A DNA stretch of 51,699 nucleotides from an uncultured Chloroflexota bacterium (GTDB taxonomy: Bacteria > Chloroflexota > Chloroflexia > Thermomicrobiales > UBA6265), in assembly GCA_937870845.1 (NCBI GenBank), contig CALMZR010000175.1, positions 1-51,699 on the forward strand, in the 5' to 3' direction. Positions 25,204-35,517 of this stretch are shown in pieces. How positions within the stretch are numbered: position 1 is the stretch's first letter; each line of letters opens with the position of its first letter. The notes beneath the pieces were generated by a model that worked only from the letters and a program-made list of their open reading frames with translations, searched no databases and was not told where the DNA came from. A program made the translations under genes and the position numbers.

Positions 25204-26547
25204 CCTCGAGCCGGCGGCCACGACGCCCATGGGGAGCGTAGCGGTTGGGATGCCGGCCGCGGTGGCAAGCGTGCCGGCGACGCCGTCAGGGGTCACGGCG
25301 GAGAGGTCGATGAAATGGGCCTCGGCCTCCGCGACGAGGCGCTGCACGGCCTCCAGATTGGACCAGTCGAGGGCGCCTGGTTCGATCATGAGCACGATGG
25401 CGGCGTTGCGCCGGTCCTTGAAGGAGCTGGCGACGCGCACCAGGTCCGGGGCCGACCTGACCTGCTCGATGTGCCGCACGGCGCTGGCCATGATCTTGGC
25501 GTGGAAAAAGCTGCCGACGATTTTCAGCACCGCGGCGACTGGGACCGAGAGGATCAACCCAAGTGGGCCGAGCACCGAAGTGCCAATCACCAGGACGAAG
25601 AGGACCACGAACGGGTTGAGGTGGACGAAGCGCCCGATCACCAGCGGAATGACGAAGGCGTCTTCGAGCTGGCGCAGGGCGAAGTAGATAAAGCCGATGA
25701 CGACGGCGAGCGTGGTGTTCGACCAGTCGAAGGGGGCGGTCGGCTGGAAGAGGGCGATGGTGACGGCGATGGCTCCGGCAGACCAGGGGCCGATGAGCGG
25801 AATCAACTCCAGGAAGCCGGTGGCAATGGCGACCGAAAGGGCGTAGTCGATGTCGAGGATGCGTAGCGCGACGTAGGACGCGCTCGACATGATGATAACG
25901 AGGATCGCCTGTCCGCGAAGATAGGCGCCGAGCGTGCGATTGACGTCGGTCATGAGCCGGTCGTACTCGCTGTGATAGCGGCGGTTGATGGCGTCGCGCA
26001 GGAACTGAAGGAATCGCGGTCCATAGACGACGAGGTAGAAGGAGGAGAAGAGATAAATGAAGAGGTGGATGGCGAATGAGAAAGTCTCGAGGAGGAGGGG
26101 GACGGCCTCGGCGCCGATTAACTCGGCGGCTTGCTGGCCGAGGGCGTCGATGCGGGCCTGAATGAACTGTGGGTCGATGGCCGCGAAGCGCTGGTCGTAG
26201 CGCGCCCGCTCCTCGACCCAGCTATCGATGTCGTTGATGACGTTGGGGATGAGCTGCTGCTGCACCTGCTCGATCTGGACCGCCAGCAGCGGGATGACGT
26301 TGATGAAAAAGATGGCGAGCAGCAGGCCGAGGAGCAGGAAGAACCAGAGAGCGACGAGCTGCTTGGGAAGGCGGGTCTTGCGCTGGATGAAGGCGACGAT
26401 GGGGTGGAACAAATAGGCCGTGATCACGGCCCAGATGAACGGGGCCAGGGCGTTCCAGGCGAGAAAGAAGATGAGCAGGCCAACCGCGACGCCGATCCAG
26501 ACGACCGTCGCGCGAGCCCGTGGAGAGAGCGTGACTTCCATACGCAT
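25186..26547 (-). CDS. AI-2E family transporter with C-terminal extension
   Basis: PFIWAVITAYLFHP, LGAYLRGQ, LELIPLIGP, QLEDAFVIPLVIGRFVHLNP, LGLILSVPVAAVLK; about 90 extra soluble residues at the C-terminus. Confidence 0.9.
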   Translation of the reverse strand: MRMEVTLSPRARATVVWIGVAVGLLIFFLAWNALAPFIWAVITAYLFHPIVAFIQRKTRLPKQLVALWFFLLLGLLLAIFFINVIPLLAVQIEQVQQQLIPNVINDIDSWVEERARYDQRFAAIDPQFIQARIDALGQQAAELIGAEAVPLLLETFSFAIHLFIYLFSSFYLVVYGPRFLQFLRDAINRRYHSEYDRLMTDVNRTLGAYLRGQAILVIIMSSASYVALRILDIDYALSVAIATGFLELIPLIGPWSAGAIAVTIALFQPTAPFDWSNTTLAVVIGFIYFALRQLEDAFVIPLVIGRFVHLNPFVVLFVLVIGTSVLGPLGLILSVPVAAVLKIVGSFFHAKIMASAVRHIEQVRSAPDLVRVASSFKDRRNAAIVLMIEPGALDWSNLEAVQRLVAEAEAHFIDLSAVTPDGVAGTLATAAGIPTATLPMGVVAAGSRLPAAT

Positions 26548-26735
26548 CCAGCCAGCGCGACCGAGATGAATCCTCGCTCGATCAGGCTGTTGTTCGTCCC
26601 CCTGCTGACCCGTGCTGTTGCGCCCGATTTGCCCGAATCGACGGCAGGATTCTAGCATGGCGGCATTGCCTGACTGGACGTTGCCGGCGCACGGGACGGT
26701 TCGTCCAAGACGACACGCCGACGGAGCACGCATCG

Positions 26736-27857
26736 ATGCCGGTCAACTTTCGCCTTCCTGGTCCCACGCCGCTGCCGCCGCAGGTGAAAGAGGCGCTGGG
26801 GCGAGACATGATTCCGCATCGCGGGCCGGAGTTCCGCGCGTTCTACGAGCAGACGCTGCGGCTGGCGCGAGAGCTGCATCGCACGGATGGCGACGTTCTG
26901 ACGTGGGCGGCGACCGGGTCGGCGGGATGGGAGGTTGCGATCGTGAATCTCCTGTCGCCGGGCGATGCGGTGCTGGCGGCGGTCAACGGGGATTTCGGGG
27001 AGCGGTTCGCGCGGGTTGCCGGGCGGCTGGGTCTCGACGTGAGGCGGCTCGATGTTCCGTGGGGTATGCCTGTTCTTCCCGATCAGGTTCGGGCGGCGCT
27101 CACGGATCACCCCGACGTGAAGGCCGTGCTCCTCGTTCACAATGAAACGTCGACGGGCGTCACGAATCCCCTGCAGCACATTGGCGCCGTCGTGCGCGAT
27201 CATGGCGCATTGCTGGTCGTGGACGCGGTCAGCGCCGCCGGGGCGTTGCCGCTGGAGATGGACGACTGGGGGATCGATTTTGTGTTCTCGGGGTCGCAGA
27301 AGGCGTGGATGTGTCCTCCGGGGTTGTTGATTGCCGCCATCGGTCCTCGGGGGTGGGACGCCTATGCGCGGTCGGAGTACCCCCGGTTCTTCTGGGATAT
27401 CGGCGAAGGGAAGAAGATGGCCGAGCAGGGAATGACGCCGACGACTCCGCCGCTGTCGGCGCTCTACGCCTACCGGGCCGCATTGGAGATGATCGTGGCG
27501 GAAGGGCTCCAGAACGTGTGGGGTCGACACCGCCGGCTTGGGGGGCTGACGCGCGAAGGGGTCCGCGCCGCTGGGCTCGCGGGATTCGCGCACGAGGGCT
27601 ACGAGAGCGACACCGTCACGGCTTTCCGGCCACCAGAGGGCGTTTCGGCTCGCGAGATGTTGCACCGGATGCGTGACCAATTTTGCGTTGAAGCACAGGG
27701 CGGTCAAGCCCACTTAGCGGACCATCTGGTGCGGATTGGACACATGGGGTGGGTCCATGAGCCGGAGATGCAGGAGGCAATCGCCGCCGTTTCGGCCGTT
27801 GCGGCCCAGCTTGCAGACGAGGCGAATGCGGCGCCACGCAGCACCGACGAGGTCTGA
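26736..27857 (+). CDS. Alanine--glyoxylate / serine--pyruvate aminotransferase family (class V PLP)
   Basis: PGPTP, HRGPEF, VHNETSTGV, VDAVS, GSQKAWMCPPG, RIGHMG. Confidence 0.93.
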   Translation: MPVNFRLPGPTPLPPQVKEALGRDMIPHRGPEFRAFYEQTLRLARELHRTDGDVLTWAATGSAGWEVAIVNLLSPGDAVLAAVNGDFGERFARVAGRLGLDVRRLDVPWGMPVLPDQVRAALTDHPDVKAVLLVHNETSTGVTNPLQHIGAVVRDHGALLVVDAVSAAGALPLEMDDWGIDFVFSGSQKAWMCPPGLLIAAIGPRGWDAYARSEYPRFFWDIGEGKKMAEQGMTPTTPPLSALYAYRAALEMIVAEGLQNVWGRHRRLGGLTREGVRAAGLAGFAHEGYESDTVTAFRPPEGVSAREMLHRMRDQFCVEAQGGQAHLADHLVRIGHMGWVHEPEMQEAIAAVSAVAAQLADEANAAPRSTDEV

Positions 27858-27889
27858 GACCCGGCTGTTCCCTAACTTTCGGGCAAGCT

Positions 27890-27981
27890 CGTGTCGTTCT
27901 GACGAAAGAGGAACCTCGGCTCAAGCAAGGGTCGGTCATGCGGGCGCCGAGATTCCTCGCCCGCGGGCTCGGAATGACACG
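27890..27981. repeat. REP-like hairpin, family A copy 5
   Basis: CGTGTCGTTCTGACGAAAGAGGAACCTCGGC...GCGCCGAGATTCCTCGCCCGCGGGCTCGGAATGACACG. Confidence 0.85.
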
Positions 27982-27991
27982 CCGCATTGAG

Positions 27992-28021
27992 TTGCGTGGA
28001 GTCGCGGAGCGCGGCTATACT
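27992..28021 (+). promoter_or_regulatory. sigma70-type promoter of rpsA
   Basis: TTGCGT-N18-TATACT, about 90 nt upstream of the ATG. Confidence 0.55.
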
Positions 28022-28110
28022 CGCCGCTCTGGCTTTTCGGAACGACTGCCCCACGGGGGAGGCTGGGTTCCGGGAAGCTTGCGGCATGTTCGGATTTTTC
28101 GGAAGGTCGT

Positions 28111-29877
28111 ATGGACAGCACTGACGTGAGCGAGCAGACGAACCAGTCACCGGTCGAAGAAGCGGCGCCGGTCGACGCCCAAGTCGAAGCTGCCGCGTCG
28201 GCGGTCGCAGTCACCGAGGCGCAGTCCGAGAATGGCGGCGTGGCCGAGGTTCCGGCGGCTGCCACTGTGGCGAGCGGCGACTCCGCGGTCGACACCACCG
28301 CCGCGACCGAAGGCTCCGCGCTCGACGCCACCGTCGTTGCCGACGACTCCGAGCTGGACGCCGCGTCGCTCATGGAGCAGTTCCTCAACGACCCGAGCCA
28401 CGATTACAAGAGCCTGAAGTACGGGGACGTCATGGACGGGGTGATCATGCACCTCGACCGCGAGGAGATCCTGGTCGACATCGGTTCCAAGTCGGAGGGG
28501 ATCGTCCCGTCGCGCGAGTACTCCAGCCTCTCGTCGGACGAGCGGTCGGCACTGGCCGTGGGCGACACGATCCTGGTCTTCGTCGTGCAGCCCGAAAACC
28601 CGGAGGGGCACGCGGTCGTCAGCATCGACCGGGCCCGGCAGGAGAAGAGCTGGCGGCGGTTGCAGGAGTTGCACGAGGCCAACGAGGTCATCGAGGCCGA
28701 GGTCACCAACTACAACAAGGGCGGGCTGCTGGTGAACCTGGACGGGGTGCGCGGGTTCGTGCCCGCGTCGCAGGTCACCGAGATCCGCGGCGGCGACGAG
28801 GCGAGCAAGCAGGCGGACATGGCGCGGCTGATCGGATCCTCGCTGCCGTTGAAGGTGATCGAGATCAACCGCCACCGCAACCGGCTCATCCTCTCCGAGC
28901 GCCAGGCGGTGCAGGAGCGGCGGGACGTGATGAAGGAGCGGCTGATCGAGGAGCTGAGCGAGGGGGAGGTCCGCAAGGGCCGCGTCTCTTCGATCTGCGA
29001 CTTTGGCGCCTTCGTCGACATCGGCGGGGCCGACGGACTGGTCCACCTTTCCGAGCTCTCCTGGAGCCGCGTGCGCCACCCCAGCGAGGTGCTGCGCGTC
29101 GGGCAGGAGGTCGACGTCTACGTTCTGGGGATCAACGCCCAGGAAAAGAAGATCGCCCTCTCCATCAAGCGGACGCAGGCTGAGCCGTGGAGCCGTGTGG
29201 CCACTGCCTACGAGGTGGGGCAACTCGTGCGCGGCACGGTGACGCAACTGGCCAACTTCGGCGCTTTCGCCCGCATCGAGGATGGCATCGAAGGGCTCAT
29301 CCACGTCTCGGAGCTGGTCGACGACCGGGTGACGCACCCGAAGCAGGTCGTCTCCGAGGGCGAGGACTTGCTGCTGCGCATCATTCGCATCGACCCGCAG
29401 CGGCGGCGGATGGGGCTCAGCCTGCGGCGGGCCCTGGACACTCCCGATTCGGAGCTGGCCGGGGTCTTCGGCGAGGAGGCGCTGGAAGAGCGCAACGCGC
29501 TGATCGAGCGCATCCGCAGCCGGCTCGAGGCCGAGGGCATCGAGCTGGGCGATGCGTTCTCCGCCGAAGCGCAGGAGGCGGCCGCGTTGGCGGCCGCCGC
29601 GGAGGCCGAATCAGCCGCGGCTGCCGCGGCGGAATCCCCAGCGCCCACGGCCGCCGCGGAACCGGCCGCCGAGGCTCGGCAGGCGGCGCCGCGGCCCGCT
29701 CCGCAGCCGAAGCCACGGCGCGAAACGACTCGCCCGGCGGTTGAATTGCCGGACGAGATCGACGGCGAGCTGTCGGCGATGGCGATGGCGTTCGCGATGG
29801 CCGGCGCCCCGGCCGATCTGGTGGCGGAGGCCGCCGGTGAAGAAGACAACGAGGGCGGCGGGCAGGATGCCGAGTAG
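28111..29877 (+). CDS. rpsA: 30S ribosomal protein S1 (four S1 domains, long acidic tails)
   Basis: Four S1 repeats: VDIGSKSEG, GVRGFVPASQV, FGAFVDIGGADGLVHLSELSW, FGAFARIEDGIEGLIHVSEL. Confidence 0.95.
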   Translation: MDSTDVSEQTNQSPVEEAAPVDAQVEAAASAVAVTEAQSENGGVAEVPAAATVASGDSAVDTTAATEGSALDATVVADDSELDAASLMEQFLNDPSHDYKSLKYGDVMDGVIMHLDREEILVDIGSKSEGIVPSREYSSLSSDERSALAVGDTILVFVVQPENPEGHAVVSIDRARQEKSWRRLQELHEANEVIEAEVTNYNKGGLLVNLDGVRGFVPASQVTEIRGGDEASKQADMARLIGSSLPLKVIEINRHRNRLILSERQAVQERRDVMKERLIEELSEGEVRKGRVSSICDFGAFVDIGGADGLVHLSELSWSRVRHPSEVLRVGQEVDVYVLGINAQEKKIALSIKRTQAEPWSRVATAYEVGQLVRGTVTQLANFGAFARIEDGIEGLIHVSELVDDRVTHPKQVVSEGEDLLLRIIRIDPQRRRMGLSLRRALDTPDSELAGVFGEEALEERNALIERIRSRLEAEGIELGDAFSAEAQEAAALAAAAEAESAAAAAAESPAPTAAAEPAAEARQAAPRPAPQPKPRRETTRPAVELPDEIDGELSAMAMAFAMAGAPADLVAEAAGEEDNEGGGQDAE

Positions 29878-29931
29878 CCGAAACAACGGGTTCGCCAACT
29901 AGGGCGACCCTCTCATCCTAACGCAACACCT

Positions 29932-29961
29932 CGAGCGGCGGGCCTTCGGGCCTGCCGCTTG
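29932..29961 (+). terminator. Stable hairpin downstream of rpsA (likely terminator)
   Basis: CGAGCGGCGGGCC-TTCG-GGCCTGCCGCTTG, 13-bp stem with a cUUCGg tetraloop; weak U tract. Confidence 0.55.
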
Positions 29962-30107
29962 CGTATACCCGATGGGAACACCCGCCGGGCGGCATGCGTT
30001 GCCCTTGTGCGAGGCGCGCAAGACACCCTTGCCATGGGCGTCTATCATAGAGGGACGAGCGGTGCAGGCCGGGGCGCGGCCCACCGAGGGCGACTGGAGA
30101 TCCACGG

Positions 30108-32576
30108 ATGTCAGACAAGTTCGATAAATTCACTGAGCGCGCCCGGAAGGTGCTGACGCTGGCGCAGGAAGAGGCTCAGCGTTTCAACCACAACTACATC
30201 GGCACCGAGCACCTTCTTCTGGGACTCGTTCGAGAGGGCGATGGGGTCGCCGCTCGGGTCCTCAGCAACATGGGCGTACAGTTGCCCAAAGTGCGTTCGG
30301 CGGTCGAGTTCATCATTGGCCGCGGCGAGACGATGGTGATGGGCGAGATCGGCCTGACGCCGCGGGCGAAGAAGGTCATCGAGCTGGCCGTCGACGAAGC
30401 GAGACGACTCAACCACCATTACATCGGCACCGAGCATCTGCTGCTCGGTCTGGTGCGCGAAGGCGAAGGCATCGCCGCAGGCGTGCTGGAGAGTCTGGGC
30501 GTGAACCTGGAGAAGGTGCGCGCCCAGGTGATGCAAGTCGTCAGCCAGAGCCCGTCCTACAGCCAGAGCAAGCAACAGACGAAGACGCCGTACATGGACG
30601 CCCTGGGCGTCGATCTCACGGACGCGGCGAGGACAGGCAAGCTCGGGCCGCTGATCGGCCGCTCGACCGAGATCGACCGAGTCATGCAGATTCTGTCGCG
30701 GCGGACTAAGAACAATCCGGCGCTGATCGGCGAGCCGGGGGTGGGTAAGACGGCGATCGTCGAAGGGCTCGCGCAACGCATCGTCAGCGGCGACGTGCCG
30801 GAGCAGCTTCAGAACAAGCGGCTCATCGCCCTCGACATAGGCGCCCTAGTGGCCGGCACCAAGTACCGCGGTGAATTCGAGGAGCGGCTGAAGAAGATCG
30901 TTGGCGAGGTGAAGGAGACGGGCAGCATCCTCTTCATCGACGAGCTGCACACCCTCGTCGGGGCCGGCGCGGCGGAAGGCGCGGTCGACGCCGCCAACAT
31001 TCTGAAACCGGCGCTGTCGCGGGGCGAGCTGCAGACGATTGGGGCGACCACGCTCGACGAGTATCGCAAGTACATCGAGCGCGACGCCGCCCTGGAGCGC
31101 CGCTTCCAGCCCGTTCAGGTCGACGAGCCGAGCGTCGACGAAACCATCCTCATCCTGATGGGCGTGCGCTCCCTCTACGAAGACCATCACAAGCTGAAGA
31201 TCACCGATGAGGCGCTAAAGGCGGCGGCCAACATGGCGGCCCGCTACATCACTGACCGCTTCATGCCCGACAAGGCGATCGACTTGATCGACGAGGCTTC
31301 GTCGCGGGTGCGCATGTACCGTTCCGCGGCGCCGCCGAGTCTGAAAGAGGCACTGGCCGGGTTGCAGTCGCTGAACCGGGAGCTCGATGCGGCCGTGTCC
31401 AATCAGGAGTTCGAGCTGGCTGCCGAACTGCGGGATCGCGAGCGCAAGCTTCGCGAGCGGATCGATTCGCAAGAGCAGGAACTGCGCGACGCGAACTCCT
31501 CCGACGAAATCTACGTCACCGAGGAGGACATCGCCGGCGTCGTTTCCATGTGGACGGGCATCCCGGTGGTGCGCATTGCGGGCGAGGAGTCGGAGCGGCT
31601 CCTCAAGATGGAGGAGACGCTGCACAACCGGATCATCGGCCAGGACGAGGCGATCACGACGCTGGCGAAGGCCGTGCGGAGGGCGCGGGCCGGGATCAAG
31701 AATCCGAAGCGGCCAATCGGCTCGTTCATCTTCCTTGGCCCGACCGGGGTCGGCAAGACGGAGCTGGCCAAGGCGCTGGCCGAGTTCATGTTCGGCTCCG
31801 AAGAGCACCTGATCAAGATCGACATGTCGGAGTTCATGGAGCGGCACGCGGTCAGCCGCCTGGTTGGGGCGCCTCCGGGATACGTCGGGTACGAGGAGGG
31901 CGGGCAGCTCACCGAGGCCGTCCGCCGCAAGTCGTACAGCGTTATCTTGCTCGACGAGATCGAGAAGGCGCACCCCGAAGCGTTCAACATGCTCCTGCAG
32001 ATCATGGAGGACGGGAACCTGGCCGACGCCAAGGGGCGCAAGGTCGATTTCCGCAACACGATCATCATCATGACCTCCAACGTCGGGGCGGAGCAGATCA
32101 CGCGCGACATGAACCTCGGCTTCACCATCAAGGAGGATGAGGAGAAGACCAAGGCGCGCGAGTACGACCGCATGCGGGAGAAGGTGACTGGTCAACTCAA
32201 GCAAACCTTCCGGCCGGAGTTCCTCAACCGTATCGACGCCACAATCGTCTTCCATTCGCTGACGAAAGACGAAATCCGCCAGATCGTCGAGCTGGAGCTG
32301 GCGCGCGTGAGCAAGCAGCTCCGAGAGCAAGACATCGAGCTGGAGGTGACCGAGGCGGCGATGGATCTGCTCGGCGAACGCGGGTATGACCACACCTACG
32401 GAGCGCGTCCGCTGCGGCGAATCATTCAGAACCTCATCGAAGATCCGCTGGCGGAAGGCGTGCTCGACACGCGGTTCCAGGCGGGCTCGACGGTGCGGGT
32501 TGACGTCGAGGACGATCTGCTCAAGCTCGAACCGGCCGTCAAGGTCGAGAAGGGCGAGCTGGCGGGGGTCTCGTAG
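30108..32576 (+). CDS. clpC: ATP-dependent Clp protease ATP-binding subunit ClpC
   Basis: Two Clp-N repeats ([11 protein letters not shown]), [11 protein letters not shown]-like M domain ([13 protein letters not shown]), [13 protein letters not shown] loop, GARPLRR. Confidence 0.96.
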   Translation: MSDKFDKFTERARKVLTLAQEEAQRFNHNYIGTEHLLLGLVREGDGVAARVLSNMGVQLPKVRSAVEFIIGRGETMVMGEIGLTPRAKKVIELAVDEARRLNHHYIGTEHLLLGLVREGEGIAAGVLESLGVNLEKVRAQVMQVVSQSPSYSQSKQQTKTPYMDALGVDLTDAARTGKLGPLIGRSTEIDRVMQILSRRTKNNPALIGEPGVGKTAIVEGLAQRIVSGDVPEQLQNKRLIALDIGALVAGTKYRGEFEERLKKIVGEVKETGSILFIDELHTLVGAGAAEGAVDAANILKPALSRGELQTIGATTLDEYRKYIERDAALERRFQPVQVDEPSVDETILILMGVRSLYEDHHKLKITDEALKAAANMAARYITDRFMPDKAIDLIDEASSRVRMYRSAAPPSLKEALAGLQSLNRELDAAVSNQEFELAAELRDRERKLRERIDSQEQELRDANSSDEIYVTEEDIAGVVSMWTGIPVVRIAGEESERLLKMEETLHNRIIGQDEAITTLAKAVRRARAGIKNPKRPIGSFIFLGPTGVGKTELAKALAEFMFGSEEHLIKIDMSEFMERHAVSRLVGAPPGYVGYEEGGQLTEAVRRKSYSVILLDEIEKAHPEAFNMLLQIMEDGNLADAKGRKVDFRNTIIIMTSNVGAEQITRDMNLGFTIKEDEEKTKAREYDRMREKVTGQLKQTFRPEFLNRIDATIVFHSLTKDEIRQIVELELARVSKQLREQDIELEVTEAAMDLLGERGYDHTYGARPLRRIIQNLIEDPLAEGVLDTRFQAGSTVRVDVEDDLLKLEPAVKVEKGELAGVS

Positions 32577-32606
32577 CCCTCGAGGTCAGTCGAACTCTTG
32601 CTGAAT

Positions 32607-32628
32607 GGGGCGGCCATATGGCCGCCCC
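32607..32628. terminator. Perfect 22-bp palindrome after clpC
   Basis: GGGGCGGCCAT|ATGGCCGCCCC, 30 nt after the clpC stop; no U tract. Confidence 0.45.
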
Positions 32629-32676
32629 GTCGCGTCGCAGCCAATTGCTTCGCTTGGCGCCTGGAAAGAACGCATC

Positions 32677-34047
32677 GTGGCGAAGGTCAAAACGACGTTC
32701 ATCTGTCAACAGTGCGGAGCGGCCAGCCCGGCGTTTCTGGGGCGCTGCCCCGGCTGCAACTCATGGAACTCGATGATCGAGACGATCGAGGAGCGTCGCC
32801 AGCCGGCCTTGAGCGCAGTGAAAAGGAATGTCGAGCGACCGCAGCCACTCTCGGCACTGGGCGCACTGGCGGTCGAGCGGATTCCGGTGCCGATCGCCGA
32901 ACTCGATCGAGTGCTCGGCGGCGGCCTTGTGCCGGGGTCGCTGGTGCTCATCGGAGGAGACCCCGGCATCGGCAAGTCGACGCTGGTGCTGCAAGCGGCG
33001 GCGGCTCTCGCGAGCGAACGAGGGCCCGTTCTTTACGTCTCGGCCGAGGAATCGGCGCAGCAAATTCGTCTGCGGGCCGACAGGCTGGGTGTGCTCTCAG
33101 AGAACGTGCTGGTCCTGTCCGGGACGGACGTCGACGCCGTGCTGGAGAGCGCCACTACGGTCAATCCCTCACTGCTGATCGTCGACTCCATCCAGACGGT
33201 TTCGGTGGACGAGATCACGTCCGCTGCGGGGAGCGTGTCGCAAGTTCGCGAATGCACCTCCCGACTGATGCAATGGGGCAAGTCGCGCGGCATTCCGGTT
33301 TTCATCATCGGGCACGTCACCAAGGAAGGGGCTATCGCTGGGCCGCGCGTCCTGGAGCACATGGTCGACGCGGTGCTCTACCTGGAAGGGGAGCGGCACG
33401 GGCATTTTCGGGTGCTGCGGGCGGTAAAGAACCGGTTTGGCTCAACCGACGAAGTCGGTGTCTTCGAGATGGCGGAGGTTGGGCTGCGCGAAGTGCGCAA
33501 CCCGTCCGAGGCGTTCCTGGAGGAGCGGCATGGCGGCGCATCCGGGTCGAGCGTCGCCGTCACGATCGAGGGCACGCGGCCGATTCTGGTGGAGGTGCAG
33601 GGTCTGACGACGCCGTCGGCGTATGGCTTGCCCCGGCGCAGCGCCAACGGGCTGGATACGGGACGGCTGCAGCTCCTCGTCGCCGTGCTGCAGAAGCGAG
33701 TGGGGCTCGCCCTGGGCGGGCAGGACATCTACGCCAACGTGGTGGGCGGGATGCGGATCGGCGAACCGGCTGCCGATCTGGCCGTGGCGTTGGCGATCGC
33801 GTCCAGTTTCCGCGACCGGCCGGTCGATCCGGAATTGGCGGCAATCGGGGAGATCGGGCTTTCGGGCGAATTGCGCTCCGTGGCGCAGATCGAGCGGCGG
33901 CTGGGCGAGGCGCAGCGCCTGGGGTTCGGGAAGGCGATCATCCCGGCGGCGGCGGCGAAGCGGGGCACGACGAACGTGTCGGGCTTGCGCGTGATTCGCG
34001 CCGATACGGTGGCGGAGGCGATCGAGGCGAGCATCGGAGGGGAATGA
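32677..34047 (+). CDS. radA: DNA repair protein RadA/Sms
   Basis: Zn finger CQQC..CPGC, GDPGIGKSTL, KNRFG, LonC-like C-terminus. Start GTG 32677. Confidence 0.96.
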   Translation: MAKVKTTFICQQCGAASPAFLGRCPGCNSWNSMIETIEERRQPALSAVKRNVERPQPLSALGALAVERIPVPIAELDRVLGGGLVPGSLVLIGGDPGIGKSTLVLQAAAALASERGPVLYVSAEESAQQIRLRADRLGVLSENVLVLSGTDVDAVLESATTVNPSLLIVDSIQTVSVDEITSAAGSVSQVRECTSRLMQWGKSRGIPVFIIGHVTKEGAIAGPRVLEHMVDAVLYLEGERHGHFRVLRAVKNRFGSTDEVGVFEMAEVGLREVRNPSEAFLEERHGGASGSSVAVTIEGTRPILVEVQGLTTPSAYGLPRRSANGLDTGRLQLLVAVLQKRVGLALGGQDIYANVVGGMRIGEPAADLAVALAIASSFRDRPVDPELAAIGEIGLSGELRSVAQIERRLGEAQRLGFGKAIIPAAAAKRGTTNVSGLRVIRADTVAEAIEASIGGE

Positions 34048-34065
34048 GGCGTTTTTGCAATCGCC

Positions 34066-34176
34066 GCGTCATTTCGCGCGCACGCGAGAGAGTTCAACTC
34101 AGCGACACAACATTTCCTGGGCGCCGGAATTCCTCCCTCGTCGGAATGACACGAACTCCATCGTCGGAATGATACG
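34066..34176. repeat. REP-like hairpin, family A copy 6 (with an extra tandem end)
   Basis: GCGTCATTTCG...GCGCCGGAATTCCTCCCTCGTCGGAATGACACG...CGTCGGAATGATACG, between convergent radA and murG. Confidence 0.8.
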
Positions 34177-34192
34177 GACTGGGCGGGCCGCT

Positions 34193-35335
34193 CTACTTCA
34201 GGGTAGACGACGCGAGCGCAAGGAGGGTATCCGCCAAGGCGCGTGCGGCGTCCGGTCGCGAAACAGAGCGCGCCGCTTCGGCCATGCGGGCTTGCCGGTC
34301 GGGGTCGGCAAGAAGGGTCAGCAGCTCGTGCAGCAGCCGGTTCGGGGTCGCCTCGCTTTGCGGCAGTACGATCGCGGCCCCGACTTCGCTCAAGACGCGC
34401 GCGTTGGCGACCTGCTCGTCGCCGCCCGCGCCGGGAAGGGGGATGAGGATGGCGGGGAGGCCGACATAGGCAAGCTCCGCGATCGTCCCCGCGCCAGCCC
34501 GGCCGACGACCAGATTGGTCGCGGCGTAGAGGTCGGGCAGCTCGTCTCGCACGAACTCGAAGACGCGGTAGCGGCGTTGCTGCTCGACCGGCAGTGCCGA
34601 CTGCCTCTGCCGCATCGATTCGGCGTCGGCGTTGACCTTCGCGGGGCCGGTTTGGTGGACGACTTGGGCGTGCGCCAGCAGCTCGGGGAGGATTGCGGCG
34701 ACGCGTTGGTTGATGGGGCTGGCTCCGCGCGCTCCGCCGGTGACGTAAACGACGGGGAGGGCGTCGCTGAAGCCGAGCCAGGCGAGACCGCGCTCCCTGT
34801 CGCCGTCGGTGAGCCCGGACCGCACAGGATTGCCCGTTACCTGGACGTTGTCATGGAGACGTCGGGCTTCCGCCGAGGTTCGCTCGTGGGAGATGGCGAG
34901 AACCGCGGCGAATCGCGCGTTGATGCGCGTGGCGAGGCCGAGGACGGCCGTCTGCTCGTGGGTCAGGACGGGGGCGATGCCACGGGCGGCGATGACGGCC
35001 GGGACGCTGACGAAGCCGCCGGTACTGAGCACGACATTCGGCGCGAAGTGTTTGAGAGACCGGCGCGCGGCGGCGATTCCAAGCGGGATGCGCGCGGCGT
35101 CCGTGACGTTGCGCACGGACACGTAGCGGCGGAGCTTTCCGGTGGGAACGGCGACGAACGGAATGCCCGCGTTCGCGGCGGCCTCGCGCTCGAGGCCGTC
35201 GTGGCTGCCGATCCACATCACATCAGCCAGCGTGGAACGGCGGCGAAGCTCCTCCACGACGGCTAGCGCCGGCAGGACGTGGCCTCCGGTGCCACCGCCG
35301 GCGATCGCCAAGCGGACTCGCTTGTGGTCGGTCAT
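34193..35335 (-). CDS. murG: Undecaprenyldiphospho-muramoylpentapeptide beta-N-acetylglucosaminyltransferase
   Basis: GGGTGGHV.P, GKLRRY, STGGFVSVP, HEQ, TGNPVR, TGGARGA, RAGAGTIAEL, EQVANA. Confidence 0.92.
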   Translation of the reverse strand: MTDHKRVRLAIAGGGTGGHVLPALAVVEELRRRSTLADVMWIGSHDGLEREAAANAGIPFVAVPTGKLRRYVSVRNVTDAARIPLGIAAARRSLKHFAPNVVLSTGGFVSVPAVIAARGIAPVLTHEQTAVLGLATRINARFAAVLAISHERTSAEARRLHDNVQVTGNPVRSGLTDGDRERGLAWLGFSDALPVVYVTGGARGASPINQRVAAILPELLAHAQVVHQTGPAKVNADAESMRQRQSALPVEQQRRYRVFEFVRDELPDLYAATNLVVGRAGAGTIAELAYVGLPAILIPLPGAGGDEQVANARVLSEVGAAIVLPQSEATPNRLLHELLTLLADPDRQARMAEAARSVSRPDAARALADTLLALASSTLK

Positions 35336-35517
35336 GCGAAGCGTCGCCCCAGCGCCCATCTGCTCCAAGGCGAGTATAGGAATCCCTCGGCGAGTGGCGC
35401 CGAACTGGCGATAGGCACGGCTTGGAACTCAGATCCGATTCAGCCGCCGCCGCTCGCTGGCCCGTGTATCATCGGGGCCGCATGAGGCAGAAGCAATCGC
35501 TCAGGAGCGAACATCTC

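Noticed and set aside
9632-34176. Recurrent GGAATGACAC motif as a CRISPR repeat
   Set aside because: Copies are kilobases apart and variable, with no regular spacers and no cas genes.
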